37,425 nt of DNA from a virus (lineage: Duplodnaviria > Caudoviricetes): positions 1-37,425 of the IMG/VR virus record IMGVR_UViG_3300020043_003222. One strand, written 5' to 3'. The notes beneath the pieces are model-generated. The model was not told the DNA's origin, searched no databases, and saw only the letters and a program-made list of their open reading frames with translations. Shown here piece after piece: positions 25,771 to 33,177 of this stretch (positions within the stretch are counted from its first letter, which is position 1; each line of letters starts with the position of its first letter). Position numbers and translations under genes: made by a program.

Positions 25771-26036
25771 GATGGAAATACCGCACCATGAAGATTTCTG
25801 TGAACCGGGTTCGGGCCAATGTTTACGGGGGGCGGAGCGAAATGCGGAAGACCGCGCCATAATTTGCCGCTTTTCCAAATCCCGAATTCCGATTCCCGAA
25901 TTCCGAATTCCGTATGGCGTATGGGAGATCTGGAATACCGCACCATAAGGTCGCGGGTCGCGGGGATGATCCCGAAACAGATTTCGGGATGATCGATGGG
26001 GGATGTAACGGGGTGGGACATGGGGTGTCGTACCAT
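25745..26036. repeat. Dispersed 11-bp direct repeats TACCGCACCAT
   Basis: Exact at 25745, 25779 and 25936; variants at 25850 and 26026. Confidence 0.75.
25873..25928. repeat. Degenerate heptamer tandem repeat (TTCCGAA)n
   Basis: TTCCAAA TCCCGAA TTCCGAT TCCCGAA TTCCGAA TTCCGTA TGGCGTA TGGGAGA. Confidence 0.75.
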
Positions 26037-26167
26037 GAGGTGCTATGTAAATAGAGGGATCGGACATTGGATGTCCTAGGGGGTCAACCTGGCGACTTGT
26101 GACAATTGGAAAGGGGACTAGGAAGGAAGGATTGGCCAACTAGAAAAGGGAAAGCGGGCAATCGGGC

Positions 26168-26200
26168 AAAAGAAAACCCCGCAGGGTTGAACCTACGGGG
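26168..26200 (-). terminator. Intrinsic terminator of the minus-strand early operon
   Basis: CCCCGTAGG...CCTGCGGGG stem (G-U pair only on the minus strand) followed by TTTTCTTTT. Confidence 0.75.
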
Positions 26201-26218
26201 CACGGTGGGTTGCTTGGG

Positions 26219-26308
26219 TTAGTTACCAGCGAGCGCGGAGAGAATGAGCAACAAAGTGAAAAGCAAACACAGGGCAAGATACCCTATTACCCGCAATAGG
26301 GGTTTCAT
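26219..26308 (-). CDS. 29-aa hydrophobic peptide (MKPLLRVIGYLALCLLFTLLLILSALAGN)
   Basis: Not in the ORF track; starts 3 nt after the previous stop and ends just before the terminator. Confidence 0.55.
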   Translation of the reverse strand: MKPLLRVIGYLALCLLFTLLLILSALAGN

Positions 26309-26311
26309 GGT

Positions 26312-26581
26312 TCAAAGGAAGACGTGCGCCATGGTTCCATCGGAAAGTCCCCCAGTAATGAAAGCCCGCTTCCATGGATTGTTTGACGGTGGAATGGATC
26401 GCTCTTTCCAATCTTCGGCAACAAATTGTTCCACGAGTTGCAACGCGGCTTCCCGATGGACCGAATCACCCGACAATTCATAAGGGTATGGGATTGTGCG
26501 GGTTCCCCTTTCGCATGTTGCTTTGACGCGGGCACCCTTGGTGTCCGTGGGGGGGAGGTATTTGGTTTGGATTGCTTGCAT
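26312..26581 (-). CDS. Hypothetical early protein
   Basis: MQAIQTKYLPPTDTKGARVKA pattern seen in phage early regions. Confidence 0.7.
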   Translation of the reverse strand: MQAIQTKYLPPTDTKGARVKATCERGTRTIPYPYELSGDSVHREAALQLVEQFVAEDWKERSIPPSNNPWKRAFITGGLSDGTMAHVFL

Positions 26582-26602
26582 GATGCGGGTTGAGTTCGTG
26601 GT

Positions 26603-26821
26603 TCAAATCATTCCCAAAGCGATCAAGATCGAAGGACACCCGTGGGAACAAATCCCGTCGGGTTCCACGATGCACCCTTCTGTGCAGCAAGCGGGTGATG
26701 TGGATTCCCACATGGCATTGCGGGCGAAGGCCTCGAGGCTTTCCGGGGTGTCGGAAAACCCTTCGTTTTCTAGGGCCTCGGTGGTGGTGATTCGATAGGG
26801 GTTGTGGGATTTGACTTTCAT
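26603..26821 (-). CDS. Small Cys-rich protein
   Basis: PACCTEGCIVEPDGICSHGCPS; A-rich leader before the ATG at 26821. Confidence 0.65.
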   Translation of the reverse strand: MKVKSHNPYRITTTEALENEGFSDTPESLEAFARNAMWESTSPACCTEGCIVEPDGICSHGCPSILIALGMI

Positions 26822-26832
26822 ATGTTTTGCTT

Positions 26833-26888
26833 GGGCATCAATTGCCCGCAGAATCCACGGAGTTTCCCCCATGGACTCGCCGGGAAAT
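26833..26888 (-). other. Intergenic structured RNA element (GAAA-capped stem)
   Basis: GAGUCCAUGGGG-GAAA-CUCCGUGGAUUC 12-bp stem with three G-U pairs, plus an extendable outer stem. Confidence 0.6.
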
Positions 26889-27590
26889 TCAAGCGATCAA
26901 CTTAGCCATATCAACGAAGTGACGTTTTCCGGTCCCGTGGGCCGGGATATGGATTGAGAGGATACCGGAGCGGGACCCGTCGCAGAATAGGCAATCGGCG
27001 CAAGCGGTCCCGTCGCGTTCACTGGCGCATAGCTTTTCGAAGCTATGGTGATCTAAATCCGGGGTCACACGGAAAGTTGACCAGCCCATTGACCGAGCGA
27101 TGAGGAGTTCAGCCGCGGTATCGACGGAAGCCATAAGGATTTGCTTCCACCCTTGCAAACTAGGCTTGCGCCATTGGTGGGTGTAGCCTGTCCACCCGCT
27201 TGAAACGCCAGCAATGGCAAGCGCAAGGCTCAAAGGGATATGCGTGGGATCACCATATGCGCCGAAGCGGACTTTCCTACCGGCGAAGCAATCCATCCAT
27301 TGCAAGGTGGGATATCGGCCCGCACGCCACGCACGCCAAATCCCAAGGGGAGCTTGGCCGACGTTGACGTAGCACGAACGACCGGAGCCGGTCCCGTCGC
27401 CACGGTGGACGCAATTTCCGCAAATGAGACGATCCAAGCCGGACTTGATCGCTTCAACGGGATCAACGGCTTTGCAAAGGATCCAGATCTGGATCATATC
27501 GCCTGTCTTCCGGTTGTCCGAAGCTTTAGAGAAGCCGGTGGCGATGATGACTCGGTGCTGGTCTTCGTGGAGAATAAATCCGTTGGTCAC
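26889..27590 (-). CDS. Cys-rich Gp88-like / radical-SAM-like protein
   Basis: NRKTG, CxxC-x12-CY, VRFGAYGDP, GYTHQW, MASVD, C-x8-CxxCxxC; GGAGG SD with GTGA overlap. Confidence 0.6.
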   Translation of the reverse strand: MTNGFILHEDQHRVIIATGFSKASDNRKTGDMIQIWILCKAVDPVEAIKSGLDRLICGNCVHRGDGTGSGRSCYVNVGQAPLGIWRAWRAGRYPTLQWMDCFAGRKVRFGAYGDPTHIPLSLALAIAGVSSGWTGYTHQWRKPSLQGWKQILMASVDTAAELLIARSMGWSTFRVTPDLDHHSFEKLCASERDGTACADCLFCDGSRSGILSIHIPAHGTGKRHFVDMAKLIA

Positions 27591-27841
27591 AGGGAACCTC
27601 CGTTGATCACGGTAAAACGGATATTGTGACCGGTCGTTTCGTTTCGGCCTGTCGGATACCCGATGAATGCCGCAAACTCTACGATGGAAAGGTTCCGGGT
27701 GTAGGAATCCTCAACCATGGTTCGGACGATACCGCGACGACCGAATGCGCGACGGGCGGCACGTTTCGCAAAGGTCTCGGCGGCGTCTCGGATGGAATCA
27801 GCACGGACGGAACGGAATCCGCTGCAACGGTAGAGAGTCAA
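27587..27841 (-). CDS. Hypothetical protein (TTG start)
   Basis: GGAGG SD with TTGA overlap to the upstream peptide gene. Confidence 0.55.
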   Translation of the reverse strand: MTLYRCSGFRSVRADSIRDAAETFAKRAARRAFGRRGIVRTMVEDSYTRNLSIVEFAAFIGYPTGRNETTGHNIRFTVINGGSL

Positions 27842-27951
27842 TTGACACCTCCGATGAGAAGTTCCGCAACGCAGAACGCAAAAGCACCGAGAACGAGAGC
27901 CGCAAGCGCAAGAAACGCTAGGGCTTGGAATAGGTTTTTGAGGGAACGCAT
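27838..27951 (-). CDS. 37-aa hydrophobic peptide (MRSLKNLFQALAFLALAALVLGAFAFCVAELLIGGVN)
   Basis: Not in the ORF track; first ORF after the promoter, A-rich leader, coupled to the next gene. Confidence 0.6.
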   Translation of the reverse strand: MRSLKNLFQALAFLALAALVLGAFAFCVAELLIGGVN

Positions 27952-27988
27952 AGGTTTTTAAAGGCTCCGATAATCGGAGCGCGGGGAG

Positions 27989-28017
27989 AGAATGCGATGG
28001 GATGCAACGGGAGTCAA
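27989..28017 (-). promoter_or_regulatory. Putative early promoter
   Basis: Minus strand: TTGACT, 17 bp, CATTCT; 5' hairpin GCTCCGA-TTA-TCGGAGC (27964-27980). Confidence 0.6.
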
Positions 28018-28059
28018 CGGAAGAAAGCAAATAATCGAAAGGGGGACTATCGGGAGCGC

Positions 28060-28518
28060 ATGGCGAAGGTTTCTAAAATTCAAAAAAGCGAAAACCTGGC
28101 GAACGGTTTAGGGGTTGGACATGTGATGTCCGAGGGGGGGAAGAGGAAGGTGGGGAGACCACGAATTCCCGTTTCAGAGGCTGATCAAAAAAAAGCCCTT
28201 GAGGCATGCAAGCTTGGGATTCCCCTTGAGCGTGTGGCGATCCTCTGCGGATTCCCAAGCGGTAACGCTGGACGCTGGCATGACTTCCTGAAACGCAATC
28301 CAAGCTTTGCCGATCAATTGGAGAAAGCCCGACTTGAGGGGGAACTAGAACTATCCTCCGTAGTGCGCCAATGTGGAAACGGCTGGCAAGGAAGCGCTTG
28401 GTTACTAGAGAGAACTAGAGGTTACGTTGCCCGCGCATCGCTAGAACACACTGGGAAAGGTGGAAAGGAATTATCAATTAGCGGTAGTCTACTGGGTGCA
28501 TTCGGAGGTGGAAAGTAA
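28060..28518 (+). CDS. terS: Terminase small subunit
   Basis: KVGRP, HTH-like segment, FADQLEKAR, WQGSAWLLER..GY, LEHTGKGG; directly upstream of terL. Confidence 0.75.
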   Translation: MAKVSKIQKSENLANGLGVGHVMSEGGKRKVGRPRIPVSEADQKKALEACKLGIPLERVAILCGFPSGNAGRWHDFLKRNPSFADQLEKARLEGELELSSVVRQCGNGWQGSAWLLERTRGYVARASLEHTGKGGKELSISGSLLGAFGGGK

Positions 28519-28621
28519 TAGGATAGCGTATACCAATAAGGACACGACGGGGGGTGGGGGACCACCAGGAGGGGGGGTGGATGTCACCTTATACCCCCTC
28601 CCCCTAACCCAACCTAATTTT

Positions 28622-30163
28622 ATGGCAGTCAAGCAAATTAAGAAGAAGAAATCCCCTTCACTCGGAATGGGTTCGCATATCCCTGCTTGGAAGCAGCGGA
28701 AGCTACTGGAGGAAGCTCAGCAGTTGCAGAACTTCCCTAAGATGATGCTTGGCCTACGCGATACTTATGCGTGGCAGGAGAAGGTGTTGGGAGCCTTGAA
28801 CGAGAAGCATTCGAAGGTGGCTCTGAAGGCTGCGAATGGTTCTGGCAAGACGAGCATGGTCGCCGCGAGCGCGGTCATCTGGCATATGCTTCGCTGGCCG
28901 GGGAGCTTGGTGGTGTGTACGGCTGGTGTGTACCGACAGGTGGCTGATGCGTTGTGGCCGCATCTTCGGAAAATGATCAATGGATTGGGAGGCGAGGAGA
29001 ATGGTTTCTCGATCAAGGATGGCGAGATCCGCTATGTGTATCCCAAGAAGGTGGATGGTCAGGAGCTGGTGAGCCGGTGTATTGGGTTCTCAGCGAGCAA
29101 CCCGGAGAAGGCTGAGGGCTGGCATGTGCAGGGTCCGAGTGGTGATTTGATGTACATTGTGGACGAGGCGAAGGCGGTGCCGGACGGGATCTTCCAATCG
29201 ATGGAGCGGTGCCAGCCTACAAGGACATTGCTGATGAGCAGTCCGGGAGGGTCCTCCGGGTACTTCTACGATGTTTTCAGGCGGAATGACGGCAAGTGGC
29301 AGACCTTTACCGTTACCGCTTTTGATTGCCCGCATATTCGGAAGGAGTGGATCGATGATCAGTTCGCGAGGTGGGGCGAGGGTCATCCGCTGGTGCGTTC
29401 GATGATCTATGCGGAGTTCATGGAGGACGACGGGAGTTTGACCGCTGTGAGGACTGCGGACTGGCAGAAGGTAGTTAGTGGCCCACCCAAGGAGGAGCTG
29501 GAGGGGCATCGGCTTACCGCTGGTTGCGATTTCAGCGCGGGCGGGGATGAGAGCGTGCTGGTCGTGCGCCAGGGGAATACGGTGAAGGGCCTTGTTCGCT
29601 GGAGGGACAAGGACACGATGGCCAGCGTGGGGCGGTTCATAGCCGAGTTCAGGAAGTGGAAGCTGAAGGCTGAGGATATCTATGCGGATGTGGGTGGTAT
29701 GGGTGTGGTGATGTGCGATGCGCTGAGGGCGGAGGGTTGGGATGTGAGGCGGGTGAACTTTGGTGAGCGGGCCATTCGGGATGATCAGTTCGTGAATCGG
29801 GCTGCGGAGATGTGGATTGAGTTCGGGCGGATGGTGGAGGAGGGTAAGGTGAATCTGGGTCCGGTGGGTACGGATGAGGTGCTTCTCCAGCAGTTCGTGA
29901 GTCGGAAGGTGCGGACCAATGGGAAGGGGAAGCTCACCCTCGAAGGAAAAGACGAGCTGAGGGCGCGGGGCGTGAACAGTCCTGATCGGGCGGATGCGGT
30001 GGTGCTGGCTTTCTGTGGTGGTGGCGGGAAGCGGATGGATGAGTATATGCGGGCGGTGAATGAGGATGGTCGGAGTTTGATGGAGAGGTTAGAGGATGAG
30101 ATTGGCCCACTAGAACCGAGCGAAAAAGGGGTTGCGCTTGCTGGATGTGATGTTGGGGGGTAG
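28622..30163 (+). CDS. terL: Terminase large subunit
   Basis: YAWQ, Walker A AANGSGKT, Walker B YIVDEA, SSP, nuclease GCDFSAGGDES...DVGGMG...SPDRADA. Confidence 0.93.
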   Translation: MAVKQIKKKKSPSLGMGSHIPAWKQRKLLEEAQQLQNFPKMMLGLRDTYAWQEKVLGALNEKHSKVALKAANGSGKTSMVAASAVIWHMLRWPGSLVVCTAGVYRQVADALWPHLRKMINGLGGEENGFSIKDGEIRYVYPKKVDGQELVSRCIGFSASNPEKAEGWHVQGPSGDLMYIVDEAKAVPDGIFQSMERCQPTRTLLMSSPGGSSGYFYDVFRRNDGKWQTFTVTAFDCPHIRKEWIDDQFARWGEGHPLVRSMIYAEFMEDDGSLTAVRTADWQKVVSGPPKEELEGHRLTAGCDFSAGGDESVLVVRQGNTVKGLVRWRDKDTMASVGRFIAEFRKWKLKAEDIYADVGGMGVVMCDALRAEGWDVRRVNFGERAIRDDQFVNRAAEMWIEFGRMVEEGKVNLGPVGTDEVLLQQFVSRKVRTNGKGKLTLEGKDELRARGVNSPDRADAVVLAFCGGGGKRMDEYMRAVNEDGRSLMERLEDEIGPLEPSEKGVALAGCDVGG

Positions 30164-30180
30164 GAAAGGAGCAATATTTT

Positions 30181-32070
30181 ATGATGAGCGATAAACAGCG
30201 GAATGCGTTGCAGGGCCAGATCGTGGAGGCCGTGAGCCAGCGCAGTCCGTGGGAGATACGTCAGACTCGGTGGTATGAGCTGCGGCACAATGGTTTGCGC
30301 CGTGCGAATAAGCCCTGGCCGAAGGCGGCGGATCTGCATTGGCCGCTCATTGATACGGCCATCGAGAAGCTGAAGCCGCTATTCCTCCAGCAGGCACTCG
30401 GCATGGATGTAGTGGCCAGCTTTGTTCCGATGCGCCAGCAGTTGAATGCTTATACCCGCGTAGCGGAGGATTGGTTCAATTACAAGATTCGGGAGAAGAC
30501 CAACTTCGTGGATGAGGTGTTGAGCTGGGTGGATTACACGCTGATGAGCGGGCGTGGTGTGATGAAGTGCTTCTGGAATCCCGGTGATAAGCAGGTGGGA
30601 TTTGAGGCGATTGATCCGATGTATTTCGTGGTCCCGGCGTACACCGTGGATTTGCAGGATGCGGACTGGGCGGTGCATGTGATGCCGATGAGTGTTCCGG
30701 CTTACAAGCGGGTGGCAGCGCAGTTGGGATGGAAGAGCGATCCCAAGACCATTGAGAAGATCCGGGGTAATCCGCAGCAGGATGATAACATTCCGGGGGC
30801 GGCGACCGAGGATAGCGCGAAGCAGTTGCGCGAGGGTATCACTTACACCACGAACACGGATGGCGTGATCGTTTGGGAGGTTTACCGGAAGCGTGATGAT
30901 GGGGTGTGGGAGGTTTATACATATAGCCCTGCGGCGGTGGATCTCGATCTGCGGGACCCGATGGAATTGCCCTATGATCATGGCCAATGCCCGTTCGTGG
31001 ATTTCCCGTATGAGATCAAGGACAAGGGCTGGTTCAGCCCGCGAGGCGTGTGCGAGATTCTGGCGGCGTTCGAGCTGAGCATGACTGCTATGTGGAATCA
31101 CAAGCATGACGCGATGACGCTGTACAATCGCCCGCTGTTCCGTGCGGAACGGGAGCTGCCCAACAGCATCAACCTGCGGTTCCAGCCGGGACAGATTCTC
31201 CCGTATGGCGTGGCCCCAGTTCAGATGCCGCAGCCTCCCGTGAGCTTTGATCAGGAGCTGAATCAGACTCGGGCCATTGCGGAGAACCGGATCGGTAGCC
31301 CGGATTACGCGATGAGTAGTGCGATGAGCAGTGGCAGTGATCGGCGGACGGCGACCGAGATCCAGAGCATCAACGCTCAGTCGATGCAGAGCGGGGATCT
31401 GCGGGCGCGGTTGTTCCGCATGGCCCTTGGCAAGCTGTACCGGCAGAGCTGGAGTTTGTATGTGCAGTACGATAGCAAGAGTCTGCGCTACCGATTCGCA
31501 GAGGATTCTCTGGATGCTGATCCGGTGGCATTGCATGACCAGTATGAGCTGGAGCCGAAGGGTGGAATGGACATGGTGAGCCGTCAGATGATGGTTCAGC
31601 AGGCCATCAATCGGAAGCAGCTCTTTATGAACTCGCCCTGGGTGGATCAGGTGGCCTTGGACAAGAGCATCATGGAGCTGGATGATCCGAGCCTGATCAA
31701 GAAATTGATCCGTGATCCGGGTCAGAAGCAGCAGGACGAGCTGGAGGACGAGACCAAGACGATTCCGACTCTGCTGGTGGGCATTCCGGTGCCCGCGAAG
31801 CCGGGTCAGAACTACGCTGGGCGCATCGGGGTGCTGATGCAGTACCTGAATGGGGCGATCCAGCAGGGTCAACAGTTCAGTCCTGCGGCGCAGAATGCGT
31901 TCATGGTGCGTTTGGACTCCCTGCTACAGGCTTACGAGCAGGTGGCGACCAATGAGGCGCGGAAATTGCGGAAGGAGATCCAGAAATTCCTCACGAGCAG
32001 CGGTCTTTTGCCGAATCAGCAGCAGCAAGTACCGGTTCCGCAGCCTGAGATGGCGCAAGCCCCTGTTTAA
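30181..32070 (+). CDS. Portal protein
   Basis: 629 aa directly after terL; GRGVMK, PFVDFP, RTATEI motifs of podovirus portals. Confidence 0.85.
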   Translation: MMSDKQRNALQGQIVEAVSQRSPWEIRQTRWYELRHNGLRRANKPWPKAADLHWPLIDTAIEKLKPLFLQQALGMDVVASFVPMRQQLNAYTRVAEDWFNYKIREKTNFVDEVLSWVDYTLMSGRGVMKCFWNPGDKQVGFEAIDPMYFVVPAYTVDLQDADWAVHVMPMSVPAYKRVAAQLGWKSDPKTIEKIRGNPQQDDNIPGAATEDSAKQLREGITYTTNTDGVIVWEVYRKRDDGVWEVYTYSPAAVDLDLRDPMELPYDHGQCPFVDFPYEIKDKGWFSPRGVCEILAAFELSMTAMWNHKHDAMTLYNRPLFRAERELPNSINLRFQPGQILPYGVAPVQMPQPPVSFDQELNQTRAIAENRIGSPDYAMSSAMSSGSDRRTATEIQSINAQSMQSGDLRARLFRMALGKLYRQSWSLYVQYDSKSLRYRFAEDSLDADPVALHDQYELEPKGGMDMVSRQMMVQQAINRKQLFMNSPWVDQVALDKSIMELDDPSLIKKLIRDPGQKQQDELEDETKTIPTLLVGIPVPAKPGQNYAGRIGVLMQYLNGAIQQGQQFSPAAQNAFMVRLDSLLQAYEQVATNEARKLRKEIQKFLTSSGLLPNQQQQVPVPQPEMAQAPV

Positions 32071-32078
32071 GAACACAA

Positions 32079-32381
32079 ATGACCTGCAAAGATTGCCGAT
32101 ATCGAGCCTCTGACAGCACTTGCCGGAGGTTCCCGCCCACCAGTAGACCCACTTGTTGGCCTACTGTGCTGGAATTTGACTGGTGCGGTGAATTTCACGC
32201 TATGACTACCATTGTTGAACCCCCTCAGCCGATTCTGACTGCGATTCCGGCCCCTACTCATCATGTAGCTACCAATTTGGAGCAGCTTGAGGAGGGTGTG
32301 GCACCGAAAATCAGGTTCCAGAAGAGTAGGAAGTCCGAGAACATCAAGGAATTGCAGGATTCACCCCTATTCCAGTCCTGA
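32079..32381 (+). CDS. Hypothetical protein with Cys-rich N-terminus
   Basis: CKDCRY...CRRFPP...WP.V...DWCGEF. Confidence 0.7.
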   Translation: MTCKDCRYRASDSTCRRFPPTSRPTCWPTVLEFDWCGEFHAMTTIVEPPQPILTAIPAPTHHVATNLEQLEEGVAPKIRFQKSRKSENIKELQDSPLFQS

Positions 32382-32382
32382 T

Positions 32383-32628
32383 ATGGCCGACTACCAAGGC
32401 AAGAAGGTCACGCTGAACAAGCCGTTCTACACTCCGGGCGAGGCCAAGAAGAAGGCCGTGTATGTTCGCAACCCGAAGGGTACGATCATCAAGGTCCGAT
32501 TCGGTGATCCGAATATGGAGATCAAGAAGGATGACCCGGAACGGCGAAAGAACTTCCGTGCGCGGCATAACTGCGATACGGCGAAGGATAAAACCACTCC
32601 GAGGTATCACTCGTGCAAAGCTTGGTAA
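32383..32628 (+). CDS. Basic hypothetical protein
   Basis: KVRFGDPNM...RRKNFRARHNC...YHSCKAW pattern seen in aquatic phages. Confidence 0.7.
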   Translation: MADYQGKKVTLNKPFYTPGEAKKKAVYVRNPKGTIIKVRFGDPNMEIKKDDPERRKNFRARHNCDTAKDKTTPRYHSCKAW

Positions 32629-32640
32629 TCACATAACCAC

Positions 32641-32802
32641 ATGAAGAAGAAATCGAAGTTCAGCAAACTGGCAATGGAACTCAAGAAGGAGGGCGCGGAT
32701 GATCCGAAGGCTCTCGCGGCATACATCGGTCGCAAAAACCTCGGGGCCGCTGAGTTCATGCGCCGTCAGGCGGCTGGTCGGAAGAAGGCCGCTGCCAAAT
32801 GA
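32641..32802 (+). CDS. Small basic protein, 53 aa (MKKKSKFSKLA...DPKALAAYIGRK)
   Basis: Not in the ORF track; A/C-rich leader and ATGA overlap with the next gene. Confidence 0.7.
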   Translation: MKKKSKFSKLAMELKKEGADDPKALAAYIGRKNLGAAEFMRRQAAGRKKAAAK

Positions 32803-33122
32803 TCAGCTTCCTCGCGAAACTCAGGACCGCTTGGACTTTCTCGCGGCATCAGATGTGGGTCGATCCGCTTCCTTGGCGAAAGGAGGACGCGGCTGCGCTC
32901 AACAATTTCTTCAGAAGCGATACTGGCAAACGATTCAAGGACGCACTGTTAAACACTGTGCTAATGCAGAACGCTTCTGCTATAACTGACCGAAACCATT
33001 TGCAATACTCCTCAGGATTTGCAATGGGTCAGGCCAGTCTTGTGAAGGTCATCGAGATGATGGCCGATCAGGAATCAATTACGGGGCAGGAAGATGATCC
33101 GAGTTCTGCCACGAATACATAG
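32799..33122 (+). CDS. Hypothetical head-associated protein
   Basis: FF.SDTGKRFKDAL...GFAMG pattern; position between portal and scaffold. Confidence 0.6.
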   Translation: MISFLAKLRTAWTFSRHQMWVDPLPWRKEDAAALNNFFRSDTGKRFKDALLNTVLMQNASAITDRNHLQYSSGFAMGQASLVKVIEMMADQESITGQEDDPSSATNT

Positions 33123-33177
33123 GATCAAAGTTGCGGTTGTTGGTCTGTGCGGACCAGCAAACGAGTAAAAGCACAAC

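Noticed and set aside
25745-26036. Possible mini-CRISPR array
   Set aside because: Repeats are only 11 bp, spacing is irregular (34-90 bp) and no cas genes are present
25744-26139. 131-aa and 89-aa minus-strand ORFs in the gap
   Set aside because: They lie downstream of a terminator, translate the repeat elements and have Pro/His/Arg-rich non-protein-like composition
28460-28621. N-terminal extension of terL
   Set aside because: It translates G/C homopolymer runs; the ATG at 28622 has an AT-rich leader like other free starts
30379-31872. 497-aa antisense ORF opposite the portal
   Set aside because: No recognisable motifs; explained by codon bias of the sense gene (shadow ORF)
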